DNA of 64,000 nucleotides from Candidatus Methylomirabilales bacterium (GCA_046758505.1 JBHIAH010000004.1:27407-91406); one strand, 5' to 3'. Shown: positions 38,342 to 49,388, counted from the stretch's first letter. Program-made: numbers and translations. Notes: generated by a model from the letters alone, not told the origin.

Positions 38342-39076
38342 TTAATAGCCCACACGCATGAGACACAAGCCGTGAGGGGGCGCCGTACGCCCGGCCCGCT
38401 GTCGATCCTTGGAGTGCAAGATGTGCCGGAAGTGCTCGGGGGTGAGCCGTCCCCTGCCGACATCGAGGAGGGTGCCAACGACGATCCGGATCATGTGTTT
38501 CAGGAAGCCGTTCGCGGTAATAACAAAGTCGAGGCGGTTCCGCTCGGTAACGAACCGGGCCTCGCAGACCCGGCGAACGGATGTCGGCTGCTCGCCGTCG
38601 GCTGCCCGGAAGGCGGAGAAATCGTGCTCGCCGATGAGCGCAGCGGCCGCCTCGGCCATGGAGGCTGGGTCCAACGGCTCAACAATGTGCAGGAACCAGT
38701 GCCGTTCGAGGGCCGGGGGGTACGGGGTGTTCAGGATGCGGTAGCGATAGGTCTTGTGCGTGGCCGACCGTCGGGCCTCAAAATCTTCTGCCGCCCTCTC
38801 AATGCCTCGCACCACGATGTCGGGCGGGAGCAGACCGTTCAAGGCCCGCTGCCATCTGTCGGGGAAGAGATCCTTCGCCGTCCGAAAGTTTGCCACCTGC
38901 CCGAGGGCATGGACTCCCGCATCGGTCCGCCCCGCGCCGGTAATGCGCACCTCCTCACCCGATATGCGTTTCACCGTCTCTTGCAATACGCCCTGGATGG
39001 TTGGCAGCCCCGGCTGCGCCTGCCAGCCATGATACCCTGTCCCGTCGTACTCGAGCGTCAGCTTGAAATTCTGCAC
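38342..39076 (-). CDS. truA: tRNA pseudouridine(38-40) synthase
   Basis: YDGTGYHGWQ, AGRTDAGVHALGQ, GEHDFSAF, TAPPHGL. Confidence 0.96.
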   Translation of the reverse strand: MQNFKLTLEYDGTGYHGWQAQPGLPTIQGVLQETVKRISGEEVRITGAGRTDAGVHALGQVANFRTAKDLFPDRWQRALNGLLPPDIVVRGIERAAEDFEARRSATHKTYRYRILNTPYPPALERHWFLHIVEPLDPASMAEAAAALIGEHDFSAFRAADGEQPTSVRRVCEARFVTERNRLDFVITANGFLKHMIRIVVGTLLDVGRGRLTPEHFRHILHSKDRQRAGRTAPPHGLCLMRVGY

Positions 39077-39098
39077 GAGTGCCCCTCTAACAACTCAG

Positions 39099-39228
39099 CG
39101 ATGACCGTTGATCGATATCCGATGACCGTAAGGAACCAATACGTCCTTTCTCGGTCGTCGGACCTCGGCGAGGCCCTCGACTGAACTCGGTCGAATGTCC
39201 TCAGTCGAGCCGTCATCGGTCGTCGGTC
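39099..39228. repeat. Inverted CGATGAC/GTCATCG heptamer element with an internal TCGACTGA..TCAGTCGA palindrome
   Basis: CGATGAC-CGTTGAT-CGATATC-CGATGAC on the left; TCGGTCGTCGG and GTCATCG-GTCGTCG-GTC on the right. Confidence 0.65.
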
Positions 39229-39262
39229 CACACTGAGTACCGGAGGCCCTGCCCCCTTACAG

Positions 39263-39340
39263 GCAGCCGTTAGCTATCAGCAGTCGGTATGCGCGCTTTG
39301 GGGTTTCTTGTACAAAGCTGACAGCAGACCGCTGACTGCT
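39263..39340. repeat. Inverted TCAGC/GCTGA heptamer element
   Basis: CAGCCGT-TAGCTAT-CAGCAGT on the left; GCTGACA-GCAGACC-GCTGACT on the right. Confidence 0.7.
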
Positions 39341-39364
39341 TTTTTGCTGGCTGGTGGTGCGGCA

Positions 39365-40393
39365 CTAGCCGGTACCCTGCCCGGCCACCCCCAGGACGAG
39401 CTCGGCAATCTGGATGGCGTTGAGGGCGGCGCCCTTCCGAAGCTGGTCTCCGACGACCCAAAAATGTAGTCCGTGATCGCTGGAGAGATCTTCCCGGACT
39501 CGGCCGACATAACATGCATCCTTCCCGGCCGCCATGAGGGGCATCGGGTACCGACGGTGGGCTGGATCATCTAGGAGCTCGAGGCCCGGAAACCTGGCGA
39601 AGAGGTTCCGGGCCTCCCCCACCGACACCTTCCGTTCTGTCTCTGCGGTCACGGAGACCGAGTGGGCATGCCAGACAGGGACCCGGACCGTGGTGGCGGC
39701 AATTTTCATCGCGGGATCCCCCAGGAGCTTCCGGGTCTCGTGGACCAGTTTCATCTCTTCTCTGGTGTAACCGTTCTCCTCAAAGGCATCGACCTGGGGA
39801 ATGCAATTGAAGGCGATCGGATGGGGGAAGACCGTGGCTTCCGCCCGCTCTCCCCGTGCCCACGCGAGGACCTGTCGCCTGAGCTCCTCGATGGCCTGGG
39901 CTCCGGCGCCAGAGACCGCTTGATAGCTCGAGACGATCAGGCGCGTGACCCTGGCCGCATCGTAGAGCGGCTTCAGCGCCATCACAGTGACAATGGTCGT
40001 ACAGTTGGGATTGGCGATGAGCGCCTGGTGCCCTCGGATCGCTCCGGGGTTGACCTCGGGAATCACCAGGGGGACCGCTGGATCCATGCGGAAGGCGGAG
40101 CTGTTGTCCACCACGAGGGCCCCGGCCTTGAGCGCCGCAGGGGCGAACGCCTTGCTCCGCCCCGCCCCCGCAGAGAACAGGGCCAACTCGACCCCCTGAA
40201 ACGCGCGCTCGCTCAGTCCTTCGACCTTCAGCTCCTCCTCTCGAAAGGTCACGGTCTTGCCCTCCGACCGCTCCGACGCCAAGAGCCGGAGGCTCCGCAC
40301 GGGAAAGTCCCGCTCGGCCAGGATCGAGAGCATGGTCTGCCCCACCGCTCCCGTCGCTCCCGCAATCGCCACCCGGTACCCGGTTCGAGTCAT
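39365..40393 (-). CDS. asd: Aspartate-semialdehyde dehydrogenase
   Basis: GATGAVG, DNSSAFRM, ANPNCTT, YQAVSGAG, DQLRKGAALNA. Confidence 0.96.
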   Translation of the reverse strand: MTRTGYRVAIAGATGAVGQTMLSILAERDFPVRSLRLLASERSEGKTVTFREEELKVEGLSERAFQGVELALFSAGAGRSKAFAPAALKAGALVVDNSSAFRMDPAVPLVIPEVNPGAIRGHQALIANPNCTTIVTVMALKPLYDAARVTRLIVSSYQAVSGAGAQAIEELRRQVLAWARGERAEATVFPHPIAFNCIPQVDAFEENGYTREEMKLVHETRKLLGDPAMKIAATTVRVPVWHAHSVSVTAETERKVSVGEARNLFARFPGLELLDDPAHRRYPMPLMAAGKDACYVGRVREDLSSDHGLHFWVVGDQLRKGAALNAIQIAELVLGVAGQGTG

Positions 40394-40402
40394 TCCTGCT
40401 CC

Positions 40403-40549
40403 CGTTCACAGTTCACAGTTCACCGTTCACAGCAAATACAGCTTGGAGTTCAGGGTTCACCGTTCTCCGTTCACGGTATAAATCCGTCTTGGCGGACAGC
40501 ACCCCCGTTTTTTGCTCCTTCCGAACTCTTAACTCTCAACCCTGAACCA
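40403..40549. repeat. Inverted GTTCACA/TGAAC heptamer element
   Basis: GTTCACA-GTTCACA-GTTCACC-GTTCACA and GTTCAGG-GTTCACC-GTTCTCC-GTTCACG on the left; CCGAACT-CTTAACT-CTCAACC-CTGAACC on the right. Confidence 0.8.
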
Positions 40550-41146
40550 TCAGTAGCCGCTCACGTACGGGAGCTTCATGGCAACCCGTTCGATCTCGTC
40601 ACCGGCTTCCAGGAGGACCAGTGCGGCGTTCCAGGTGCCTGTTACGAGCTGATTCCGGTAACCCTTCGGCATCGTGGCGGCAATCGTCTCTTCAGCGACG
40701 CGCACCTGCTGCTTTTCCACGTCGAGGGTGATCTGTCGCTCTGGCTGTTCCGCTGTGAGGGTCATCAACCTCTCGAGATCGTCGGCGCCCACACTGAGAC
40801 AGGGGAGCCCGAGGGCAGTACAGTTCCCGATGAAGATCTCGCCGAACGACCGTCCCACGATGCCCCGGATTCCCCACCGCCGCAAGGCCTCTGGCGCATG
40901 CTCGCGCGAGGAGCCGCACCCGAAATTTTGTCCGACCAGCAGAACCGCGGCCCCGCGGTACCGGGCCTGGTTGAACGGATGGTCGGGTGCCTGAAGGCGA
41001 TCGTCCTCAAAGACATGGTCCCCGAGGCCCTCAAATGTGACGCTTTTCAGGAACCGGGCCGGGATGATCCGATCGGTGTCGATGTCGGTGCCCGGGAGGG
41101 GGATGGCTCGCCCAACAATCTCGCGGCGCACGGCGTCGTGGTTCAT
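40550..41146 (-). CDS. leuD: 3-isopropylmalate dehydratase small subunit
   Basis: [25 protein letters not shown]. Confidence 0.95.
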   Translation of the reverse strand: MNHDAVRREIVGRAIPLPGTDIDTDRIIPARFLKSVTFEGLGDHVFEDDRLQAPDHPFNQARYRGAAVLLVGQNFGCGSSREHAPEALRRWGIRGIVGRSFGEIFIGNCTALGLPCLSVGADDLERLMTLTAEQPERQITLDVEKQQVRVAEETIAATMPKGYRNQLVTGTWNAALVLLEAGDEIERVAMKLPYVSGY

Positions 41147-42546
41147 TTCAGGAACTCCCGCACGTCGGTCACCTCTCCCGCGATGGCTGCCGCGGCCACC
41201 ATCACCGGGCTCATGAGGAGCGTCCGCCCTGTGGGAGAGCCCTGCCGCCCCTTGAAATTCCGGTTGCTCGAGGAGGCGCAGACCTCCCGGCCTTTCAGTT
41301 TGTCTTCGTTCATCCCCAAACACAGCGAGCACCCGGCCTTGCGCCACTCGAATCCCGCCTCTTGGAAGATGACGTGGAGCTCCTCGGCTTCGGCCGCCTT
41401 CGCCACCGCCTGGGACCCCGGAACCACCAACGCGCGCACCCCCTTGGCGACCTTCCGGCCGCGCGCCACCTCGGCGGCCGCCCGCAGGTCGGAGAGCCGG
41501 GCGTTGGTGCAGGATCCAATGAAGGCCACGTCAATAGGGGTCCCCGCGATGGGCCGCCCCGGCTCGAAGGACATGAAAGCCAAGGCCTCTTCCAGGGGAG
41601 CCCGATCCATGTCAGGCATGTCGGCCGGACGCGGGATCCGCTCGCCCACGCCCACGGATTGGCCCGGATTGATGCCCCAGGTGACCATGGGCTGGATCGA
41701 CCCGCCGTCCAGACGGACGACGTCGTCAAAGGGCGCGCCCGGTTCCGTCGCCATGCCCTTCCACCACGCCACCGCACGATCAAAGGCCTCGCCCCGGGGC
41801 GCAAAAGGGCGGCCCTTGAGGTAGTTGAAGGTGGTCGCATCGGGATTGACGTAGCCGGCGCGCGCCCCCCCCTCGATGCTCATATTACAGATGGTGAGGC
41901 GTTCGTCCATCGACATCGCCTCAAGCACCGAGCCGGCGTATTCGTACGCAAAGCCGACCCCCCCCTTGACGCCGAGCCGCTGGATGATCGCCAGGACGAC
42001 GTCCTTGGCGTAGACGCCGCGGGCAAGCGTCCCCTCCACCCGGATCTGCCGGAGCTTCGGCTTGGCGATCGACAGACATTGCGTCGCCAGCACGTCCCGA
42101 ACCTGGCTGGTGCCAACGCCGAAGGCGAGCGCCCCGAGCGCCCCGTGCGTAGCGGTGTGGCTGTCCCCACAGGCAATGGTGATTCCCGGCTGGGTCAGAC
42201 CCAGCTCGGGTCCGATGACGTGGACGATGCCCTGCCGCCCGCTGTCCAGATCAAAGAGCGGGATGCCAAATTCCTTACAGTTTCTGACCAGGTGAACCGT
42301 CATCTCTTCGGCCAGCACATCCCGGAAGGGACGGCGCTGCGAAGCGGTCGGAATGATGTGATCGATCGTGGCGAACGTCCTTTCCGGGAAGCGGACCTTG
42401 AGCCCTGCCTCCCGGATCATCTGGAAGGCCTGGGGGCTCGTCACCTCGTGGACGAGGTGGAGGCCGACGAAGAGCTGCGTGTGCCCCGAGGGGAGCAGAC
42501 GCACGGTGTGGGCCTGCCACACTTTGTCGAGGAGCGTTTCAGCCAT
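41143..42546 (-). CDS. leuC: 3-isopropylmalate dehydratase large subunit
   Basis: [42 protein letters not shown]. Confidence 0.96.
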   Translation of the reverse strand: MAETLLDKVWQAHTVRLLPSGHTQLFVGLHLVHEVTSPQAFQMIREAGLKVRFPERTFATIDHIIPTASQRRPFRDVLAEEMTVHLVRNCKEFGIPLFDLDSGRQGIVHVIGPELGLTQPGITIACGDSHTATHGALGALAFGVGTSQVRDVLATQCLSIAKPKLRQIRVEGTLARGVYAKDVVLAIIQRLGVKGGVGFAYEYAGSVLEAMSMDERLTICNMSIEGGARAGYVNPDATTFNYLKGRPFAPRGEAFDRAVAWWKGMATEPGAPFDDVVRLDGGSIQPMVTWGINPGQSVGVGERIPRPADMPDMDRAPLEEALAFMSFEPGRPIAGTPIDVAFIGSCTNARLSDLRAAAEVARGRKVAKGVRALVVPGSQAVAKAAEAEELHVIFQEAGFEWRKAGCSLCLGMNEDKLKGREVCASSSNRNFKGRQGSPTGRTLLMSPVMVAAAAIAGEVTDVREFLK

Positions 42547-42696
42547 ACGGCTCCTTTCCCCGTCCTTCCAATGCTCCACACCCCTCGCGTAGGCCCCTGG
42601 AACCCGAGCGGACCAGGGGTGGGAGGGTGTCACGATTTACGCGTGGACCGGAGGAGCGATCGTCCGTTCGTCCCTCACCCGACGAGCGCACCCCGC

Positions 42697-44241
42697 TCAC
42701 ACACCCTGGGAGACCTCCTTCCCGGGAGGCGTCTTCCGGCTCACCGCCCGGTTTATCGCGTTCAGATATGCCTTTGCACTCGCCTCGATGACATCGGTGG
42801 AGGTCCCCCGCCCGATGATCGTGTGCCCGTCGACCTCGATGGAGACCATCACCTCCCCCAGGGCATCCTTCCCCGAGGTGACGGCCCGGATGCCATAGTC
42901 CTTCAGCCGCGGGTGGATCCCGGTAACCTGGTCGATCGCCTTGAAAGTCGCATCGACCGGACCATCTCCCCAGCCCGACTCCTGGTGGACCTCATCTTCC
43001 TTCTTTAAGCGAACGGTGGCCGTGGGGATCATATTGGTCCCACTGGCGAATTGCAGATGATCGAGCACATAGGTTTCGGCAACGGTAAGCACCTGTTCCT
43101 CGACGATCGCCAGGAGATCATCGTCGAAGACCTCTTTCTTCTTGTCGCAGAGGTCCTTGAATCGCACGAAGGCTCTGTTCAGGTTGTCCTCGCCGAGATC
43201 CACCCCTAGGTCCTGGAGCCGTTTCTTGAACGCGTGGCGACCCGAGTGCTTGCCCAGGACGAGGCGGCTCTGGGGCACCCCCACCGATTGCGGCGTCATG
43301 ATCTCGTAGGTCAGGGCGTGGGAGAGGACGCCGTGCTGGTGGATTCCGGCTTCGTGCGCGAAGGCGTTGGCCCCCACGATCGCCTTATTCGGTTGCACCG
43401 GAATGCCGGTGATCTTGGTGAGCAGCTTCGAGGCCCTGTAGACCTCTTCCGTGTTGACGCCCGTCTCCGCCTGCAGGATATCGCGGCGCGTCCTGATGGC
43501 CATCACGACCTCTTCGAGCGAGGCGTTGCCCGCCCGCTCCCCGATGCCGTTGATCGTGCACTCCACCTGCCGGGCGCCTTGTTTCATCCCCTCCAGGGAG
43601 TTGGCGACGGCCAGCCCCAGGTCATTGTGGCAGTGGACGCTGACGATCACCTTATCAATGTTGGGAACGCGATTCATGAGATTCCGAATCCGCTCGCCAT
43701 ATTCCCACGGGATGGCGTATCCCACTGTATCCGGGATGTTGATGGTCGTGGCCCCCGCCGTGATGGCTGCCTCTACCATCTGGCAGAGGAAGTCCTGATC
43801 GGTCCGGCAGGCGTCCTCACAGGAGAACTCCACATCATCCGTATAGCCCCGGGCTTTCTGCACCGCCCGGACCGCCGCGTCACGCACTTCGTCCCGGCTC
43901 ATCTTCAGCTTGTGCCGCATGTGGATATCGGAGGTCGCGATGAACGTGTGGATCCGAGGCCGTTCGGCATGCTGGAGTGCCTCCCAGGCCCGATCGATAT
44001 CCTGATCCCGAGTCCGGCACAGCCCGGCGATGGTCACTCCCTCTCGCACCTGCTGAGAGACCACCTTGACCGCCTCGAAGTCATCCGTGGAGGCGATCGG
44101 AAAGCCCGCCTCGATGATATCGACCCGAAGGCGGGCGAGCTGCCGGGCCAACTCCAGCTTCTCTCGGGTATTCATGCTGTACCCAGGAGACTGCTCTCCG
44201 TCGCGTAATGTCGTATCGAAGATCATAATCCGCGTGGCCAT
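42697..44241 (-). CDS. leuA: 2-isopropylmalate synthase
   Basis: DTTLRDGEQ, HCHNDLG, GIGERAGN, C-terminal regulatory domain GDGPVDA. Confidence 0.96.
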   Translation of the reverse strand: MATRIMIFDTTLRDGEQSPGYSMNTREKLELARQLARLRVDIIEAGFPIASTDDFEAVKVVSQQVREGVTIAGLCRTRDQDIDRAWEALQHAERPRIHTFIATSDIHMRHKLKMSRDEVRDAAVRAVQKARGYTDDVEFSCEDACRTDQDFLCQMVEAAITAGATTINIPDTVGYAIPWEYGERIRNLMNRVPNIDKVIVSVHCHNDLGLAVANSLEGMKQGARQVECTINGIGERAGNASLEEVVMAIRTRRDILQAETGVNTEEVYRASKLLTKITGIPVQPNKAIVGANAFAHEAGIHQHGVLSHALTYEIMTPQSVGVPQSRLVLGKHSGRHAFKKRLQDLGVDLGEDNLNRAFVRFKDLCDKKKEVFDDDLLAIVEEQVLTVAETYVLDHLQFASGTNMIPTATVRLKKEDEVHQESGWGDGPVDATFKAIDQVTGIHPRLKDYGIRAVTSGKDALGEVMVSIEVDGHTIIGRGTSTDVIEASAKAYLNAINRAVSRKTPPGKEVSQGV

Positions 44242-44362
44242 CACTTCACTCCTCTCTCTGTGCCTCGTCGGCACCGTCGCACACAAACAACACTCCTCAC
44301 GGTCGATACTCTCTGCTGAAGGTCACCACTGCTGATGTCGCCCACGCCGGGGGAACCCTCCC

Positions 44363-45157
44363 TCAGGGGGAGTGCGGCTCCCCCGGCGTAAGCTCGAGCT
44401 CTTCACCCAGGTCGGGCAAAACGCGCCTGCGCACGAGGGGAAGGTAGCGGAGGAAACCAGAGAGGGCATATAGGAAGAAGAAGCCGGAGAGTAAGAGGCT
44501 CGGTTTCCAGGCAACGACGAGCATGGCCAGGAGGAGACTGAACAGAATCGTGAAGGGGTGGCGCCGGGAGATATCAATCTCTTTCAGCGAGCGGTACCGG
44601 ATCTTGCTCACCATGAGAAACGCCGTCACCGCCACCAAGACCACCATCAGGGCAGACGTGACTTCCGGCGAAAGCACTTGATAGTCAAAAATCTCCAAAG
44701 AAGGCGATTCGCCGAGAAAGAGCACGGATGAGGCGATGATCCCCGCCGCCGCCGGGATGGGAAGCCCCACAAAGTACCGTTTGTCGAGCTTCTTCGTCTG
44801 GATGTTAAAGCGGGCCAGGCGGAGCGCCCCGCACGCGGCGAACAGGAAGGCGGCTAACCAGCCGATTCGCCCGAAAGGCTGCATGGCGAAGACGTAGGCG
44901 AGCATTCCCGGGGCGACCCCGAAAGAGACCAGATCGGCCAACGAATCTAACTCGACCCCGAAATCGCTGGCGGCCTTCGCAATCCGCGCGACCGCGCCAT
45001 CCAAACAATCCAGCACCAGGGCAATGACGATGGCCAATGCCGCCTTCGACAGGTCGTTCTTATAGACCGCGATAATGGCGTAGAACCCGCAGAAGAGATT
45101 CCCGATGGTCAGGATACTCGGCAGAATGTATACGCCCCGGCGACCTTCTCGCCTCAT
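44363..45157 (-). CDS. pssA: CDP-diacylglycerol--serine O-phosphatidyltransferase
   Basis: DCLDGAVAR...GVELDSLADLVSFGVAP, RLARFN; adjacent to psd. Confidence 0.93.
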   Translation of the reverse strand: MRREGRRGVYILPSILTIGNLFCGFYAIIAVYKNDLSKAALAIVIALVLDCLDGAVARIAKAASDFGVELDSLADLVSFGVAPGMLAYVFAMQPFGRIGWLAAFLFAACGALRLARFNIQTKKLDKRYFVGLPIPAAAGIIASSVLFLGESPSLEIFDYQVLSPEVTSALMVVLVAVTAFLMVSKIRYRSLKEIDISRRHPFTILFSLLLAMLVVAWKPSLLLSGFFFLYALSGFLRYLPLVRRRVLPDLGEELELTPGEPHSP

Positions 45158-45819
45158 GAGACCACCCCGATGATACTCTCGCCGCCTCTCACATAGTCCC
45201 CGATCTGCACGCGCGGGTGCACCCCTTCAGGCAACAGTAGGTCCACCCGGGAGCCGAAACGAATCATGCCAATCCGCTCTCCTGCCCGAACCTCCTGCCC
45301 GGGCTGTACCCACGTCACGATCCGCCGTGCCAAGATCCCGGCCACCTGGCGAACGAAAATATCCCCGGGACCTCCCTGCAGGTGGATCAAGGTCTGGGCA
45401 TTCACGTGGGAGGCCTCCGCCTTCCACGCGACCTTAAAGGCCCCGCGGCTCGGACGGACCTCTGAGACCCGGCCACCGCATGGAGCGCGGTTGATGTGCA
45501 CATCGAAGAGGGAGAGGAAGATACTGATCTCGTTCCCACTCCCTCCATCCCCCGCGGAAGCCACCCGGACTACTCGCCCGTCAGCCGGGGCCAGGATCGC
45601 CCCGGCCTCGGCAGGCGGGACCCGATTGGGATCCCGGAAGAAGAAGGCCACCGCGCATGCCAGCAGCCCCAGAAGAAGGGCCCCTGCCGTGAGGCCTATC
45701 ATCCAGAGGAGCAAGGCTCCTCCCAACGGAGGGAGGATAAACGGCCACCCCTCTGGGGCGATAGGAAGCGTCCCCCTCCGGCGTCCAGCCGTCCGATCCA
45801 ACACCTCACGAGATCCCAT
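45154..45819 (-). CDS. psd: Phosphatidylserine decarboxylase
   Basis: FFRDP, APADG, DVHINRAP, IRFGSRVD self-cleavage motif. Confidence 0.93.
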   Translation of the reverse strand: MGSREVLDRTAGRRRGTLPIAPEGWPFILPPLGGALLLWMIGLTAGALLLGLLACAVAFFFRDPNRVPPAEAGAILAPADGRVVRVASAGDGGSGNEISIFLSLFDVHINRAPCGGRVSEVRPSRGAFKVAWKAEASHVNAQTLIHLQGGPGDIFVRQVAGILARRIVTWVQPGQEVRAGERIGMIRFGSRVDLLLPEGVHPRVQIGDYVRGGESIIGVVS

Positions 45820-45854
45820 CTATACCACTGCGCCCCCGGTATTTCAAGGGTGAT

Positions 45855-48536
45855 TCACCGGGGCTTCTCCCCTTCCCGCCCGGCCATCAGCCGCCGGATG
45901 ACTTCAGGAACACGACCAAGGGCCTCGTCGAGCGTCGAGGGATCCTTTCCTCCCGCCTCGGCCAAGTCAGCCCGGCCGCCCCCCTCCCCTCCGGTCATCC
46001 GCGCCAACTCTCGCACGAGGTGCCCGGCGTGCAGGCGCGCCATGATGTCCCCAGTCACGCCGGTAACCCACCCCACCCGCTTCTCGATCACCGTGCCCAG
46101 AACGACCACCCCCGACCCGAGCTTTGTCCGGAGTCGGTCTACCAGGTCCCGAAGGCCCTTCTGGTCGAAATGCTCGACCCGCCCCCGGACCACGGGAAAC
46201 CCTTCAACAATCTCGACCTGATTCAGCAAATCCTCAACCACGGTAGCCGCCAAACGGCTCCGAAGCCGCTGAATCTCTTGTTCCAACTCTCCCCCGCGTC
46301 GACTCAGCCTATCCACTCGCTCCGGAAGTTCGAGCGGCCGCGCCTTTAATGCCTCAGCCGATTCCTGGAGCGCGGCCTCTTCCCGCAGGAGGAAGTCATA
46401 GGCCCCGGCACCGGTGTAAGCTTCCAGGCGGCGGATGCCGGCCGCCACCCCGCTCTCGCTGCCGATCTTGCAGATCCCGATCTCGCCGATGGCTCGGGCA
46501 TGCGTCCCGCCGCAGAGCTCCAGTCCAAAGCCGGGCACGGCCACGACGCGAACCCGATCGGCATACTTATCGGCAAAGAAGGCCCTCGCCCCGCGCGCGA
46601 TGGCTTCCTCATACGGCACACCATCCTCGATGACGACGGGAAGATTTCGCCAGAGCTGTTCGTTCACCATCCGTTCGAGACGGGCGATCTCCGACGCCGT
46701 GAGTGGTCCGAAGTGGCGAAAATCGAAACGCAGGCGGTCGGGGGCCACCAGCGACCCCTCCTGCCGGACGTGGTCTCCCAGGACGCGGTGGAGGCCCTCG
46801 TGGATCAGGTGGGTTGCCGTGTGGTTCCTGACGATCAGCCCCCGCCGTTCCTCATCAATGGCCGCCAACAGACGCTCCCCTCTCCGAATCGTCCCCCGTA
46901 CCACCCGGACCCGATGGACCGCCAGGCCGGGGAGGGGGCGCTGGACATCCAAGACGTTCGCCGCCCCGTGCGCCCCCGCGAGGATGCCGACGTCTGCGAC
47001 CTGTCCTCCCGCCTCGGCGTAATAGGGGGTGCGGTCCAGAATGATCTCCGCCTCCTCCCCCTCCCGGACGGTCTCGGTCTGCTGTCCCCCCTTCACGATC
47101 GCGACCACCTCCGCCTCTACCTTCATCTGGTCGTACCCGACGAAGGTGGTCGCGGACGATGTCGCCAGATCCTGGATGACGGGGGAGACCTCAGCCCCTT
47201 TGAACCAGGCCGCCCCGTGCAGGCGCGCCCGGTCCCGCTGCCGCTCAAGCTCCCGGTCAAAATCCTCCCAGGCGCATTCGATTCCCTGTTCGCCGGCTAC
47301 CTCATCGACAATGTCTCGCGGGAGACCGTAGGTATCGTACAGCTTGAACAGGGTTTCGCCGCCCAGGCGCTGGGCTTGGCCGCCCCCCTTCGCCGCCGCG
47401 ATGGCCTCTTCGAGCCGCGGGATCGCCATCTGCAGGGTATGACCAAAGCGCTCTTCTTCGGCTGCCGTCTCGCGCGCCACACGGTCACGCGTCCCCTCAA
47501 GCTCGGGATATTGCCCCTTCATGAGATCGACCACCCGCCCGGTCATCCGTGCCAGGAACGGTCCTTCCAGGCCGAGGAGCTTCCCATGACGCAGGGCCCG
47601 TCGCACGATCCGCCTCAGGACGTAGCCCCGCCCCTCATTGCTCGGGAAGATGCCGTCGCTCTGCAAAAAGGTGACGGCCCGGGCATGATCGGCGATCACC
47701 CGCATGGACACATCGTCCCGTTCCTTGGCACCATAGGCCTGCCCACTCAGTTCTTCCACAACGGTGATGAGAGGTTGCAGGAGATCGGTGTCGAAGTTGC
47801 TCACCACGCCTTGGACGACGGCGACTATCCGCTCGAGGCCGGCCCCCGTGTCGATACTCGGCTTCGGTAGTGGGGTGAGCGTCCCGCCGGCATCTCGGTT
47901 AAACTGCATAAAAACCAGATTCCACAGCTCCAGGTATCGGTCACAGTCACACTCGATGGTGCACGAGGGGCGCCCACACCCCACCTCGGGCCCCTGATCG
48001 ATAACGATTTCGGAGCAGGGTCCGCAGGGACCCGTGTCTCCCATCGCCCAGAAGTTGTCCTTTTCCCCGAGGCGAACGATACGACCGGTGGGCACGCCAG
48101 CCACCGTCTGCCACAACTGAAAGGCCTCATCGTCATCCGTGTAGACCGTTGCCCAGAGGCGCTCCGGCGGCAGACCGAGGTCCACCGTCATCCACTCCCA
48201 GGCGTAGGTGATGGCGGCTTCTTTGAAATAGTCGCCGAAGGAAAAGTTGCCGAGCATTTCGAAAAACGTATGGTGTCTGGCCGTCTTCCCCACGTTTTCG
48301 AGATCGTTATGCTTCCCGCCAGCCCGGACACACTTCTGGCACGACGTCGCCCGGCTGTACGGTCGCTGCTCGTGTCCGAGGAAGCAGTCCTTGAACTGCA
48401 CCATTCCGGCATTGGTAAAGAGGAGCGTGGGATCCGCCCGGGGAACCAAGGAGGAACTCGGAACGATGGCATGTCCTCGCGAGGCAAAAAAGTCCAGGAA
48501 GGACTGCCGAACCTCCGCTCCAGTCAGCTTCCGCAT
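45855..48536 (-). CDS. alaS: Alanine--tRNA ligase
   Basis: FTNAGM, HHTFFEMLGNFSFGDYFK, NHTATH, ELCGGTH. Confidence 0.97.
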   Translation of the reverse strand: MRKLTGAEVRQSFLDFFASRGHAIVPSSSLVPRADPTLLFTNAGMVQFKDCFLGHEQRPYSRATSCQKCVRAGGKHNDLENVGKTARHHTFFEMLGNFSFGDYFKEAAITYAWEWMTVDLGLPPERLWATVYTDDDEAFQLWQTVAGVPTGRIVRLGEKDNFWAMGDTGPCGPCSEIVIDQGPEVGCGRPSCTIECDCDRYLELWNLVFMQFNRDAGGTLTPLPKPSIDTGAGLERIVAVVQGVVSNFDTDLLQPLITVVEELSGQAYGAKERDDVSMRVIADHARAVTFLQSDGIFPSNEGRGYVLRRIVRRALRHGKLLGLEGPFLARMTGRVVDLMKGQYPELEGTRDRVARETAAEEERFGHTLQMAIPRLEEAIAAAKGGGQAQRLGGETLFKLYDTYGLPRDIVDEVAGEQGIECAWEDFDRELERQRDRARLHGAAWFKGAEVSPVIQDLATSSATTFVGYDQMKVEAEVVAIVKGGQQTETVREGEEAEIILDRTPYYAEAGGQVADVGILAGAHGAANVLDVQRPLPGLAVHRVRVVRGTIRRGERLLAAIDEERRGLIVRNHTATHLIHEGLHRVLGDHVRQEGSLVAPDRLRFDFRHFGPLTASEIARLERMVNEQLWRNLPVVIEDGVPYEEAIARGARAFFADKYADRVRVVAVPGFGLELCGGTHARAIGEIGICKIGSESGVAAGIRRLEAYTGAGAYDFLLREEAALQESAEALKARPLELPERVDRLSRRGGELEQEIQRLRSRLAATVVEDLLNQVEIVEGFPVVRGRVEHFDQKGLRDLVDRLRTKLGSGVVVLGTVIEKRVGWVTGVTGDIMARLHAGHLVRELARMTGGEGGGRADLAEAGGKDPSTLDEALGRVPEVIRRLMAGREGEKPR

Positions 48537-48575
48537 GACCTCTCCCCATGATGGCCAGAGAAACTGTAAATAAAG

Positions 48576-48604
48576 ATATTAAAGCCCAAGCCTGAAATTG
48601 TCAA
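48576..48604 (-). promoter_or_regulatory. Sigma70-type promoter for alaS
   Basis: Minus strand TTGACA-17 bp-TAATAT. Confidence 0.65.
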
Positions 48605-48699
48605 GAAAATGCAGAACTTTAGCCGGGAGAGGCGAGGACCCTTCAAGGAATTTTTCAGGGGATTCCCAGGCACGCGCGAGGTGGCAGTCGTACGGAGCA

Positions 48700-48872
48700 A
48701 GCAGCAGCGGCCAGCAGATTTTCGGCTGTCGGCATGCAGGCCTCAGTCGTTTTGAAGCTAACAGCGGTCGGGAGCCAGCAATCCGCATGCAGCTTTCGTG
48801 ACGTCATGGATGCGTTCGGATTCCCGCCGACTGCCGACTGCTCGTTCCTGACTGCGGACAGCTGATGGCCAT
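48700..48872. repeat. Inverted CAGC/GCTGA heptamer element
   Basis: CAGCGGC-CAGCAGA and CAGCGGT-CGGGAGC-CAGCAAT on the left; GCCGACT-GCCGACT-GCTCGTT-CCTGACT-GCGGACA-GCTGATG on the right. Confidence 0.65.
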
Positions 48873-48896
48873 GACGCATCTGCTTTCGGAGGGATG

Positions 48897-49382
48897 CTAA
48901 TATTTATCCTTCACAAGGGTGGTGACGGTCCGCCGGACCGTCTCTGAAGAGAACCCGCGCCGCAGTAAGTACGCCGCAAGGCGACGTCGCACGACATTGG
49001 GAGAAAGACGGCCCAGGGCCTTCAGGCGCCTCGCCGCTCCCGCCCGGGCTATCTCTTCCTCGTTAATCTCCTGAAATACCTCCCGAACCGTGGCCTTGAC
49101 GATCTCCTCCGCAACGCCCTTGTCCCGCAGTTCCCCTTGCAGCCGGCGGGAGCTGATGTGGCGACTCTGGACACGCGTCCGCGCGTGATGCAGGGCAAAG
49201 GCGCGATCATCGACGAGCCCGCGGGCTGTGAGATTCTGGACGACGCCTGAGATCACCTCGGCGGCGAAGCCCCGGCGCCGGAGCCGGTCGACGATCTCGT
49301 GGCAGGACCGGGCCCGAACAGCGAGGAGGCGAAGGGCCGCCCGGGTGGCGGCGTCCCAATCCGCGGACGACGGTGAGGGCAT
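48897..49382 (-). CDS. recX: Regulatory protein RecX
   Basis: ALRLLAVRARS..EI..RL, DDRAFA, EL..KGV, LLRRGF. Confidence 0.9.
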   Translation of the reverse strand: MPSPSSADWDAATRAALRLLAVRARSCHEIVDRLRRRGFAAEVISGVVQNLTARGLVDDRAFALHHARTRVQSRHISSRRLQGELRDKGVAEEIVKATVREVFQEINEEEIARAGAARRLKALGRLSPNVVRRRLAAYLLRRGFSSETVRRTVTTLVKDKY

Positions 49383-49388
49383 GAAGGG

